DNA from: an uncultured virus (IMG/VR IMGVR_UViG_3300025867_000015)
Lineage: Duplodnaviria > Heunggongvirae > Uroviricota > Caudoviricetes
Length of the DNA stretch: 64,000 bases
Reading direction: 5' to 3' (one strand)
Virus record (IMG/VR): IMGVR_UViG_3300025867_000015
Location: 1-64,000 of that record
The notes under the pieces are model-generated. The model searched no databases. It had not been told where the DNA came from and saw only the letters and a list, made by a program, of their open reading frames with translations. The number at the start of each line of letters is the position of its first letter. Within the stretch, counting starts at the first letter, position 1. Position numbers and translations under genes: made by a program. Below are positions 1-9,276 of the stretch, piece after piece.

Positions 1-446
1 TTCCCGTTGCTATCAATCGAACCTAGATACTTACCAATACCAGTTTTTGGAAACTTGTAAGTATAGCCAGAAATTGGTGATTCAGAAACTACCATGTAAG
101 GCTGTGTACCTATTGAATAAAATTTCGCGTAAAAAGCAGGAATGATACCAATCACCTGCCCATCAGCACCGGTTAAATTTGAAGGATCACCATTTTCTTT
201 ATAATTATGATTTGTTGGGTCAAGATAATAATTTATTGACAGATCATCATTTACGCAAGCAAACCTGATCTTATTGTAAATAGGCTGTGCAAGATGAACA
301 CTTGCAGCACCTACTTTTGTAAGTATTGTAGAAGGTACTGTTGTATCCCATTGCACCCCGTATTGAGGGTTCAACTTTGAGCCAAGTCGAACGTTTCCAA
401 GTTCGCCTAATTGATTACAAAATTCAAATCCAAATCTACTTTTCAT
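1..446 (-). CDS. Partial virion structural/tail-associated protein (runs off the window start)
   Basis: Not in the ORF track. ATG at 446 opens MKSRFGFEF...YGVQWD...YYLDP...GADGQVIGIIPAFY, with no stop before base 1. The motif pattern resembles Bacteroidota phage tail-fibre domains. Confidence 0.5.
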   Translation of the reverse strand, partial: MKSRFGFEFCNQLGELGNVRLGSKLNPQYGVQWDTTVPSTILTKVGAASVHLAQPIYNKIRFACVNDDLSINYYLDPTNHNYKENGDPSNLTGADGQVIGIIPAFYAKFYSIGTQPYMVVSESPISGYTYKFPKTGIGKYLGSIDSNG

Positions 447-447
447 A

Positions 448-1080
448 TTAAAATACCCGTCTTGATTTTACAATATAAGTATTAGTAGAAGCACTATCCA
501 CTATCTTTATTCTAACTAATCTGCAATTCAAACCATTCATCAATATAGCAAAAGTTAATGTTGTATTAGTGACTGTTAGAGAATTTACAAAACCATCACT
601 TTTCAAATCATAAAAATAACTCTGTACCCAATCTGCATTAGCAGTATCCTCATCATTAGTTACTTCAACAGTCATCGTAATAGTGCCAGTAGTTATTAAT
701 TTACCGGTTAATGATAAACTACTATACCCATCCATACTTATACCGCCAGCAGCTGAGTAATAATTTGTCCCAGCTGTTACATTAGTAGTATCAACTAATG
801 ATGTTAAGACAAACTGATCAATAGTGTCTTTAGGTAGTTCTGCTATTATATTACTTGATGTATCAATAAATGCTGAATTCCAATAAGTTATAAAATCAGC
901 AATAGTAGTGAATGGATCTCCATTACTATCTTCTATATCTTCCAAGTTTGCTGTCAAACATAAAGAAAAATTAGACAAATAATATAATGAAATAGTATTA
1001 CCCGTAATACCTAATCCCAAAGTATTAGGTGGGTATGCTATACCATTTATCTTGTTACCATCAAATGTGTAAAGTCTCAT
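448..1080 (-). CDS. Putative virion structural protein
   Basis: 210 aa, T/S/N-rich and beta-strand-like, downstream of the portal and head genes. Confidence 0.4.
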   Translation of the reverse strand: MRLYTFDGNKINGIAYPPNTLGLGITGNTISLYYLSNFSLCLTANLEDIEDSNGDPFTTIADFITYWNSAFIDTSSNIIAELPKDTIDQFVLTSLVDTTNVTAGTNYYSAAGGISMDGYSSLSLTGKLITTGTITMTVEVTNDEDTANADWVQSYFYDLKSDGFVNSLTVTNTTLTFAILMNGLNCRLVRIKIVDSASTNTYIVKSRRVF

Positions 1081-1105
1081 ATTTAGTTTCTTTAATTTTT
1101 AACGA

Positions 1106-2644
1106 TTAAAAACCTAACATTGAAGCCTGTCTTACTGTTAACTTATACTCTTTACTGTCTTTCATATTATCTATCATAGTGTTCAACATAATAACCTCTA
1201 TACTACAATCTATTAATCTACTTACTAATCGATCATATTCACACTTGTCTTTATCTGGTGCTCCACCAACTATATATTCTTCGTTATATACAAGAGGTAA
1301 TACTGGTAATTTATCTTCCCAACCATCAATTCTCCAACCCCACACATCTTTTACTTTCTTAGTTGGTCGTTCACTAATTTCTTCAACTTTTTCATTTATC
1401 TTAGTTGATAATCCTCTTACATCGTCAATCTCTTCCTTTAACATCTCACCAAACTTTTCTTTTAATTCTTTACCTGTCTTGCTTATTTCCATATCTTTAT
1501 TATACACAAACTCATTGATATGTGACTTCTCAATTAAATCTTTATCTTCTATGTTTTGTAAAAGTAATGATTTTACAATATTTTTAGAACTTGTGTTATA
1601 ATTCATAATAGCACCCCATATAACATCTTTTATATCTTTATCTGACATATCAACCGGCCACATACCAGGTTTTACCTCCATCATTAATCTATCAACTTTA
1701 TCCCAGCTTTTTCTACTCTCTTCATTTTTGGATTCTGCTCTTATTTTAAAATCTTTAACATCTACTTCCCCTTCTTCAAATAATGTCCCCATAACATCAT
1801 TAATTTGTTTATCAGTTATATCTTCACCAGACCACTCTCTTATATTATCATAATCAAACTTATCAGAATATGTTTGTTTTTCTTTCTCAGTATTACCCTT
1901 TTTGCCTTCTTCTTTCTTCTCCCCACCAACAGCCCGTTCTAATACTTTCTTACGTTCTTCAGGAGACATCTTATCTAATAATTTATTTACTTCATCTGGT
2001 AAATCATTCTTCTTCTGCTCAGGATTAGTCATATCTTCTAATACTCTTTTCTGTGCTTCAGATGAAAGTTTCTTAAACTTATCTAACATATCTTTATCTT
2101 TATCACTAATAGGTTCTTCCTTTTTGTTTTCTTGCTTAGTTTCATCTTTATTCTTACCATTATCTTTACTCTTTTCAGATTCTGTATTCTTCATACGTTC
2201 CTTCATAACTTCATCAGCATGTTTACCTAACTCTGATGGAGGAAAATCTTCAGGTGCCTTAAATGTATCTGTTGCTTCTTCATTCTTTCTACGTTCTAAT
2301 TCCCTATGTGCAGCCTCTCTTACTTTAGGATCATTACTAACCTTTATAGCATTCTGTAAAGCACTTTCAGAAGCATTCTTAGCTGCTTCTGTAATATCTT
2401 GTGGACCCTCCTTAGTTTCTTCTTCAACTGTCTTAGGAGCTTTTTCTCCACCTTCTTTTACTGGTACCCAACCATTCTCTGTCTTCCTAAATGAACCGCC
2501 AGCCCATTTACGTACTTCACCAACCTGAGCTCTTTTAGCTTTTATAATTTCATCCTGCACATCATCTGATAATTCTAATAAAGACTTACGAATATTATCT
2601 CTTTGAGATTGTAATAACTCTCTATTTTTCTGTTCAATATCCAT
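1106..2644 (-). CDS. Highly charged putative internal head protein
   Basis: 512 aa, K/E-rich, with several I-x-K-S/A motifs. Shares an 'AxxGExRxWxG..RK..W' module with ORF 5080..6051 and lies next to the portal. Confidence 0.5.
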   Translation of the reverse strand: MDIEQKNRELLQSQRDNIRKSLLELSDDVQDEIIKAKRAQVGEVRKWAGGSFRKTENGWVPVKEGGEKAPKTVEEETKEGPQDITEAAKNASESALQNAIKVSNDPKVREAAHRELERRKNEEATDTFKAPEDFPPSELGKHADEVMKERMKNTESEKSKDNGKNKDETKQENKKEEPISDKDKDMLDKFKKLSSEAQKRVLEDMTNPEQKKNDLPDEVNKLLDKMSPEERKKVLERAVGGEKKEEGKKGNTEKEKQTYSDKFDYDNIREWSGEDITDKQINDVMGTLFEEGEVDVKDFKIRAESKNEESRKSWDKVDRLMMEVKPGMWPVDMSDKDIKDVIWGAIMNYNTSSKNIVKSLLLQNIEDKDLIEKSHINEFVYNKDMEISKTGKELKEKFGEMLKEEIDDVRGLSTKINEKVEEISERPTKKVKDVWGWRIDGWEDKLPVLPLVYNEEYIVGGAPDKDKCEYDRLVSRLIDCSIEVIMLNTMIDNMKDSKEYKLTVRQASMLGF

Positions 2645-2755
2645 TTTATTTTAATTTTAAAATTATACAGAATAAATTAACAAATTAGTCAACACTAATG
2701 AATTATAAATTCATTTGGTTTTAAATTATGTAATATATCAATATAATCCATGACT

Positions 2756-4426
2756 TTATGAATTTAATTGAGAATCGACGTATTTCAAACACTCTCTCGT
2801 TATAGGATTACTATTTATAGACTTTCTCATATCAGGAGTAACACCATTTTCAAATTTATCAAATGGATTTTGAACACCTGTTTCTTCTTCACTTGTCATT
2901 TCATCAACCATTTGATTTTGTTCTTCTCCGCCATACATCTTCATCTGTTGTGATTGTAAATATACACTATTTAATATAGTATCCTTTTTAGGATCTAATT
3001 TACGTCCCATTTCCTTTTCAAAAGCTGCTTCTAATGGCATCATACCTGCATCTAATTTCTTCTTTGTAATATCTACCACAACCTCTTCATCTTCCCTATC
3101 TATACCTGTAAATATAAATTCATACTCTCTATCAAGTTCTGATACAATAGACTTAGTATAATTCTTTTCTAAGAACAATAACAAAGGTTTTAACCCCTTA
3201 TGTTTACTATGTTTTAATCTCTCCTTCTGACCATCCTGACCAAATATCTGAGCCTGTTCTTTAAATGAATAGCCTAACTCACTAGGGTCAATAGTGAATG
3301 TACTAAATATCATAACCATCAAAAACTCCATCCACTGTTGAAACTCCATATCTCTATTATTCATCTGTAAATCCACCCACTCTAAATCTATACCTGAAAA
3401 AATAGGGATTTTATGTGAATTATTTACTCCAGCTAACATCTGTCGCCATGTCTGTCTAAAATCATTCAAAATATCCATATTCACATCATTACTCTTTATA
3501 TTCACAAATCCCTTTGGGTTACTTCCTTGTTTAAAGAAGTTACCGTTGTATTGCATACCCCACAAGGCCCAAGTAATAATATCTAACAAGATCTCTATCT
3601 CAGATGTACCATAACCATTCTTTTCAAGTGCTGTGGAACGATTCCTCTGATCATACATTAACTCCCATGGATAAAAGACTATTTCTTCATTAGTCTTAAA
3701 ATTACGCATTATATTACTCTGATATACCTGGCCATAACGAGGTAAATATCCAAACATTTCATTATATTTCTGCTTAGCCTGTTCTGTAAATCTTGGATCA
3801 ATAGTTTCTAATAATCTTATGGTTGATGCATCTATAGCATTATAGCCAATAAGTTCAAATCTATAATTTCTCTCACACTCAGCAGCTATCTGATCATAAC
3901 TCAGAGAATCTTTTAATATTTTTGCAGTAAAATTATGCAAATCATCAGTAATATCCCACTTACTCTTTACTCCCCCATTATCTAAAAAATTAACAATATA
4001 CTCAATTTTCTTCTTTTCTTCATCAGTCAATTCTTTCTTTTTACCATCATCAAATAAACTCTTCTTTTTTCTTATAGTATACCCTTCTTCTTGTTCATTC
4101 TGAGTAAATCTTAAGAAATTCTGAACCTGAGCTATACGAGTTGTAATTACCTGACTAATAATAGGAGTATCAGCTACTTTCTTTAAAATATCAAAGGATA
4201 CACGTTTCCTTTGCTGCTTATATCCACCTGTTGCTGAGTAAGCCTCAAATGGATCGAACAAAAACGAACGTATATCCTTCTTTTTACTTCTTGACTCCTG
4301 TAAGTAATTCTGAGCTTTAAATATAGCATCAGGGTCATTAGAACGTAAATCTGACTCCAACCTCAAATTTCTTTCAATTTGAAGTTTAGCTATTTGTTCA
4401 TCATACTCTCTGATTTTATCACTCAT
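2756..4426 (-). CDS. Phage portal protein
   Basis: 556 aa with portal-like motifs YGTSEIE, NGNFFKQGSNPKG, DMEFQQW, IDPSELG, KGLKPLL. Confidence 0.9.
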   Translation of the reverse strand: MSDKIREYDEQIAKLQIERNLRLESDLRSNDPDAIFKAQNYLQESRSKKKDIRSFLFDPFEAYSATGGYKQQRKRVSFDILKKVADTPIISQVITTRIAQVQNFLRFTQNEQEEGYTIRKKKSLFDDGKKKELTDEEKKKIEYIVNFLDNGGVKSKWDITDDLHNFTAKILKDSLSYDQIAAECERNYRFELIGYNAIDASTIRLLETIDPRFTEQAKQKYNEMFGYLPRYGQVYQSNIMRNFKTNEEIVFYPWELMYDQRNRSTALEKNGYGTSEIEILLDIITWALWGMQYNGNFFKQGSNPKGFVNIKSNDVNMDILNDFRQTWRQMLAGVNNSHKIPIFSGIDLEWVDLQMNNRDMEFQQWMEFLMVMIFSTFTIDPSELGYSFKEQAQIFGQDGQKERLKHSKHKGLKPLLLFLEKNYTKSIVSELDREYEFIFTGIDREDEEVVVDITKKKLDAGMMPLEAAFEKEMGRKLDPKKDTILNSVYLQSQQMKMYGGEEQNQMVDEMTSEEETGVQNPFDKFENGVTPDMRKSINSNPITRECLKYVDSQLNS

Positions 4427-4464
4427 TACTAATAACAGATCAAAAATATCCGAAATAAAATAAA

Positions 4465-5028
4465 TTATTCAGATAAAACTGTTACAGTAACCACATAATC
4501 TTTATAGGTGACAGTATCTTTAGCAGTAACACGATAAGTCTTAGCGGCAGTAAAGTCATTTTCTGTGGTACCACTTACCTGGGCTGTTGCTCCAATTTTA
4601 GCTGTTGCACTGTTAGTAAGTCTAAATGTAGCCTTTAATGCTGTTACTACTGTTTCAGCTGGTACATCTATATCAATAGTGCCTTCTTCGTGATCAATAA
4701 CTACTACTTCATCTTCTACTCCTATTGAATATTCTAAAATATTACACAACTCATCATTAATATTACTCTCTGCTTGTCTGTCTTCATATACCCTTAAATT
4801 CATATTTAAAGCAACTGCTTTAGCCTTCATTAATTTAAGAGTAGTTTCAAGATAATCACCAAAAAGATTAACTGCTGCCCCACTAGCACCAAGACCAGGT
4901 AACCAATTCTCACCGTCTGTACTATGTTTAATCTCATTAATGAATAAACGATCATTTGTACCTACTGCATTAGTCAAATAGGAGACAAAGAAGGATTCAT
5001 CTATCGGTGAATAAATAAACTGTTTCAT
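4465..5028 (-). CDS. Ig-like domain protein (possible capsid decoration protein)
   Basis: C-terminal IDIDVPAET..LKATF...QVSGTTENDFT..TYRVTAKD..YVVTVT, typical of a DUF5018-like Ig fold. Confidence 0.65.
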   Translation of the reverse strand: MKQFIYSPIDESFFVSYLTNAVGTNDRLFINEIKHSTDGENWLPGLGASGAAVNLFGDYLETTLKLMKAKAVALNMNLRVYEDRQAESNINDELCNILEYSIGVEDEVVVIDHEEGTIDIDVPAETVVTALKATFRLTNSATAKIGATAQVSGTTENDFTAAKTYRVTAKDTVTYKDYVVTVTVLSE

Positions 5029-5079
5029 TCTTATAATGTGTTATATGAATTGCGAAATTATAATTTACTTTTTGAATAA

Positions 5080-6051
5080 CTACTTCTTAGTAAATGCTTG
5101 AACTATTAAATCACTTCTACCTTCTTTAACTAATTTATCAATTAATGACTGTACTGCTGATCTTCTTTCACTTTCACTCATCTCCTTACCACCAGCTTTT
5201 ATACTACCATACATTAAATCATTAATGCTATTAGCAATAATACCTAGATCTAAATTTTTACTCTTACTTTCGTTCTCTTCATCTTTGGCTTTTCTGTCTA
5301 ATTCGTGTTTTTGATTTTCGACAGTAATGTCTTCTTTTTTCTTACCTATCTTACCATCAAGATAGTCTTTAGCTGCACCCTTACATACACCTAAAGTTCC
5401 TTTAACAATACCTTTCCCATTAGCAGTCAAAACAAATTCACCACTTACATGTGTTCTCATTATTTCAAAATTAGTATCTCCAACTACAGCAGTATAAATA
5501 CCATCTTCATCCTTATTCCACTCTATATCACTACTCTTACCACCTTCTTGAACTTTCTGCCAATCCTTATTAGGATTACCTGTTGATGATACCTTACGAT
5601 ACTTTACTCCACCCCATTCTCTTATTTCACCAATAGCTGCCTTCTTGCCACCTTTTTCAATATCTGTATCAATTGATTTCTCAATATTATTAACTTCTTC
5701 ATACCTTTTACCTGCACGACCAAGTTTTCTATTTAACTCCGTATCAAGATACTTACCTGTACGTGACTTCTGAATATCGTCTCCTTCAGAAAAGTCCCAT
5801 ACAATTTGAGATGGACGTATAAATTGAACTGATTTCTGTAATGTATTATCATCTGTAATTTCAACAGGTCTGAATGATTTAACTTCTAATGCCACCCATT
5901 CTATCATCTCCTCTCTGGCTTCTTTATCTATAGATTTATTAATCTCTTCGTAAGATTCCTTTGTAAAGTTTCTTATTTGATCACTTGTAAAACATTCAAT
6001 CTCACCTAATTTCACTGATTTTTCTATTTCACTTCTTAGTAAATTTTCCAT
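5080..6051 (-). CDS. Putative internal head protein with repeated I/L-x-K-S motifs
   Basis: IEKS, INKS, LQKS, IQKS, IEKS and IEKG repeats; shares a module with 1106..2644. Confidence 0.5.
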   Translation of the reverse strand: MENLLRSEIEKSVKLGEIECFTSDQIRNFTKESYEEINKSIDKEAREEMIEWVALEVKSFRPVEITDDNTLQKSVQFIRPSQIVWDFSEGDDIQKSRTGKYLDTELNRKLGRAGKRYEEVNNIEKSIDTDIEKGGKKAAIGEIREWGGVKYRKVSSTGNPNKDWQKVQEGGKSSDIEWNKDEDGIYTAVVGDTNFEIMRTHVSGEFVLTANGKGIVKGTLGVCKGAAKDYLDGKIGKKKEDITVENQKHELDRKAKDEENESKSKNLDLGIIANSINDLMYGSIKAGGKEMSESERRSAVQSLIDKLVKEGRSDLIVQAFTKK

Positions 6052-6124
6052 CTTTTTATGGTGTCTATGAGAACAAAATAATTTAAGGCAATAAAATTAT
6101 AAAACTTTTAACACAAATAAAAAT

Positions 6125-6547
6125 TTATCTAAAAATTTTATAAACACTCACATTATCCCACCTATCAATAATATCTTTATTACCTACCAACAAATCTACT
6201 CTATTATTAAACCTTTTATTCATTCTATCTTGCACTACCCATATACCATCATATAAACCAGTACCACAAATATAAACTTCATCACCAAACTTAAATCTCT
6301 TCTCTAAATCTCTTGAAATAGCTACCCATCTATGATTAATAGGGTCATTCAAATTTATCCTTTTACCACTTGCAGTTATGTCTGGATTACTATCTGTTTG
6401 ACCTATTACTGGATTATAACAAGTTATTACTATCTCACTACAAACTAACTCTATACCGATTAAATCATTAACTCCCACATCTTTTATAGGTGTGAGAGTT
6501 AAAAGTAAAATGGTTACTATTAATATTCTTATTATCTTTCTATACAT
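6125..6547 (-). CDS. 3D-domain peptidoglycan hydrolase / lytic transglycosylase-like protein with N-terminal signal
   Basis: TCYN..QTD..P.ITASG, AISRDL, VQDRM..RVDL (three-Asp 3D motif); hydrophobic N-terminus. Confidence 0.75.
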   Translation of the reverse strand: MYRKIIRILIVTILLLTLTPIKDVGVNDLIGIELVCSEIVITCYNPVIGQTDSNPDITASGKRINLNDPINHRWVAISRDLEKRFKFGDEVYICGTGLYDGIWVVQDRMNKRFNNRVDLLVGNKDIIDRWDNVSVYKIFR

Positions 6548-7013
6548 TCTTTTTATTTAAGAATTCAACTAATTCTGGTGTTGATATAATTTCATTTGCT
6601 ATTCCCATCAATTGAATATAATCCTTTAATCTACCCATTAACTTCTTAGCTTTAACAATTTCATTAATTGTACTAAATAGTATACCAAAATGATTCACAC
6701 ACTCTCTTTCTTTTGTATCTATAAAGAAATCAACATTAATACCATTCATTGATACTCTAATCAAATCATCTTTTTGTAGATTAATGTGATATTCTGATCT
6801 ACCAATAGCAGGGGAAGTCTTCTCTAATAATCTTAAACTTTTAATCAAACTTATTGTCGGATGAATAAGTATAACATCAAGATCTTTAACATTATCATCT
6901 TTTACTAACCCAAATAAATTTAAAGCTAATGACCCAGTTACTATAAACTCTGAACATTCAGATGTCATAGTATTGTTTAACTTTTTAGCTAACTCATAAA
7001 TTTTCTGATTCAT
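6540..7013 (-). CDS. Nucleotidyltransferase-fold protein
   Basis: VTGSLAL...DLDV, later VDFF and K..GRLKD, matching the pol-beta superfamily GS/DxD signature. Confidence 0.6.
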   Translation of the reverse strand: MNQKIYELAKKLNNTMTSECSEFIVTGSLALNLFGLVKDDNVKDLDVILIHPTISLIKSLRLLEKTSPAIGRSEYHINLQKDDLIRVSMNGINVDFFIDTKERECVNHFGILFSTINEIVKAKKLMGRLKDYIQLMGIANEIISTPELVEFLNKKNV

Positions 7014-7031
7014 AACAATTGTTTTGTATTA

Positions 7032-7409
7032 TTAATACCCTGTCTTGGGTTTGAACTTTCTGAAATAATAAACTACAAAATCATCACAATCTTCAATTAA
7101 AGGCATAAATATTACTCTGTCATCAAAAATATAAACACAATACAATTCTTCTTCTCTTGCCCCTATATAAGATGATACACAGCTTTTACAAATTGAATCA
7201 GGTATAGCCTCAATCAAAGTAAATATACCTGCTTCATTAAAAGCTATAAACTTGCCTTCTTCGTTTATTTGAATGTTCTCATTCTTTAGTCTGACACTGT
7301 GTATTAATTGTTCTCCTTTATACTTCTCCACTTTCCAAACACTTCCATCCTGAGAATAGGATACCAGTGTTAGAACACTTAAAACTACTATTAGTAATAA
7401 CTTTTTCAT
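7032..7409 (-). CDS. Hypothetical secreted protein
   Basis: Signal peptide MKKLLLIVVLSVLTLVSYSQ. Confidence 0.5.
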   Translation of the reverse strand: MKKLLLIVVLSVLTLVSYSQDGSVWKVEKYKGEQLIHSVRLKNENIQINEEGKFIAFNEAGIFTLIEAIPDSICKSCVSSYIGAREEELYCVYIFDDRVIFMPLIEDCDDFVVYYFRKFKPKTGY

Positions 7410-7421
7410 AATTATCTAATT

Positions 7422-7799
7422 TTATTTTTTCTTATACCATTTTATAAATTTAATAACAGAAGACCAAGTAGCCTCTAATTTTGAATCACATATGACTAAA
7501 TTCTCAAAAAATCTATTTGGTTTATTACCACATCTAATGGCACAACTTTTCTCAATTATTTCAACAATCCAGCCCAAAGATTCTATCTCTTCAACAACAG
7601 GCATTAACCAATCCCAAGAGAAATGATATTTCAATTCTGAAAGAGAAACATATTCTATCCCATCACAATTAATTGGGTGAACCATGTTTAAACATTTTGA
7701 TGGATCGGATAACCCAGAAGATTTACCCAATTCTGTTGCACCCATAAATTTAGCAATTAATTCATTACCTTCAATTATTTCTTCTTGTGTCATTTTCAT
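7422..7799 (-). CDS. Conserved phage hypothetical protein
   Basis: NELIAKFMG...YHFSWDWLMPVVEEIE motif, common in Bacteroidota phages. Confidence 0.6.
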   Translation of the reverse strand: MKMTQEEIIEGNELIAKFMGATELGKSSGLSDPSKCLNMVHPINCDGIEYVSLSELKYHFSWDWLMPVVEEIESLGWIVEIIEKSCAIRCGNKPNRFFENLVICDSKLEATWSSVIKFIKWYKKK

Positions 7800-8511
7800 C
7801 TCTTATCAAATAAATAAAGGGTTAGTGTTAATTCTTCAAAATCATTATCAATCTCTCTTACTTTCTTTTCAACATAATTTTTATCTTGTATTTCTTGAAG
7901 TAATGATAACAAAATATTATTATATTTTAGTTTCTCATAATCTGGTCTGCCCACTATCATTTTATTATACTTTAAATATCTATTACTACTACTTATCTTA
8001 ATCACATTACTCATATTTATTACAATATGAGAATCATCAGGTAATCTTACATACCCAAACTTCTTTAAAATTTTTTCAACTATCTTCATATCAATAGGGA
8101 GTTTAATTTTTCTGAATAAGCATTATCAATCTCCATATACCAACCAAAATCTTCTTCATCATCAACAAATAATTCACAAAATCTATCCATCATAACACAT
8201 ACCATATCTAAATGGATTAGAGATGTACAACTGTTAACTATCTTCAACAGTTTATTCTTAGCTGCCAATTTCTTTTCTTTTGAAATTCTTTTCATATCAA
8301 CCCTTTCTTAATCATATCTAATCTGACTTGCCACCAAGTATAATAATAATTAGGAGCATTAAACAATTTATTCAAATTTACCATTAAAATGGCTTCCCAA
8401 TATTTCTTCATTTTATGATATTTTTTCATATTCTATTTTAACGCCATAAAATTAATAAAAATAAATATAACTTTTATATTTATCATTAATTTTTATTCAT
8501 TATAAATAAGA

Positions 8512-8540
8512 AGGGTGGTCTATCTTAGACAGGCCACCCT
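8512..8540 (-). terminator. Hairpin / intrinsic terminator closing the tmRNA coding piece
   Basis: Minus strand AGGGTGGCCTG-TCTAAGA-TAGACCACCCT followed by TCTTATTT. Confidence 0.65.
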
Positions 8541-8668
8541 AATCAGAAATAAAATTCAGCTTATGCAGCTAATCTCATTTCCTGTTTTTGTGTAAAGATG
8601 TTGCCATCTATTTTGCACTGTTATATCTCTTTTATCCACAACTTATGCTGTCTAAACCAGTCAGCCCC
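8512..8668 (-). ncRNA. ssrA: tmRNA coding piece (permuted two-piece tmRNA); tag (A)GNIFTQKQEMRLAA*
   Basis: Starts GGGGCTGACTGGTTTAGAC (5' acceptor strand plus D-loop analogue). Tag frame 8605..8561 follows AAAATAGAT and ends LAA-stop within the hairpin TTAGCT-GCATA-AGCTGA. Confidence 0.92.
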
Positions 8669-8676
8669 TAATAAGA

Positions 8677-8810
8677 AGATAATAAACGATCACCTGGCAT
8701 CATCTGGTGGGTATAAAAAAATATAAAAAACCACCTCTCCCTGGATTATGGGTTACTTCTTGGATCAAACTTTCCTCAGTTCTTCTCGAGAACAACATCG
8801 TTTATTATCT
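8677..8810 (-). ncRNA. Unassigned structured RNA within the tmRNA intervening segment
   Basis: Perfect 14-bp closing stem (8677-8690 with 8797-8810) and internal hairpins GTTCT/AGAAC and GGTGG/CCACC. Confidence 0.6.
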
Positions 8811-8840
8811 GTTCACCGATTACGCATTAGGCGAATTATG

Positions 8841-8906
8841 TGGAGCTGCGGGGAATCGAACCCCGGTCCAAACATAGTTACAAATAACGTCAACAATATA
8901 ACAATA
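8841..8906 (-). ncRNA. ssrA: tmRNA acceptor piece
   Basis: GGAC-CGGGGTTCGATTCCCCG-CAGCTCC-A gives the T-arm and 3' acceptor strand, pairing with GGGGCTG including G3.U70. CCA is not encoded. It lies upstream of the 5' piece. Confidence 0.92.
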
Positions 8907-8908
8907 TC

Positions 8909-8920
8909 TTCAAAGAACTT
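8909..8920 (-). promoter_or_regulatory. boxA-like motif AAGTTCTTTGAA (copy 1)
   Basis: Exact 12-mer also at 9651-9662 and 9913-9924; each copy lies just 5' of an RNA gene. Confidence 0.55.
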
Positions 8921-8944
8921 TACTAATCACTTTATTTAAAAATC

Positions 8945-9262
8945 CTAAAGTGATTCGAATTCTTCTTCCAAATGCTTAATCTCTCTCTCAAAAATCCTTG
9001 CAATACGAATAGCACATTCTTGAATCTCTTCAACTACTTTCTTTTTTAATTCTTCAGATATACCATTAGCAGTCCCAAAATTATCAGATGTATATTCTTT
9101 CCCACCTTCTTTAGTCACAACAACTGTCTGAATACTTAAAGAACAGTCCTTAACTAAAGAACATGTCTCATCCCTGAAAGAAACTGATGCTCGAATTCTA
9201 TTCTTATAGTCATCAATAGTCTTCTTTAATTCATTAGCTTTTTCTAATTTATCTGTTGTCAT
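8945..9262 (-). CDS. Hypothetical protein
   Basis: Start moved to the ATG at 9262 (MTTDKLEKANELK), because the upstream GTG lies in the structured RNA. Confidence 0.6.
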   Translation of the reverse strand: MTTDKLEKANELKKTIDDYKNRIRASVSFRDETCSLVKDCSLSIQTVVVTKEGGKEYTSDNFGTANGISEELKKKVVEEIQECAIRIARIFEREIKHLEEEFESL

Positions 9263-9276
9263 AATATTTGTTTTAT

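Noticed and set aside
8677..8810. RNase P RNA or hammerhead ribozyme call for the tmRNA spacer
   Set aside because: GAGGAAAG and CTGAGGA are present, but I found neither the RNase P CR-V/P4 partner nor a correctly placed hammerhead GAAA with three stems.
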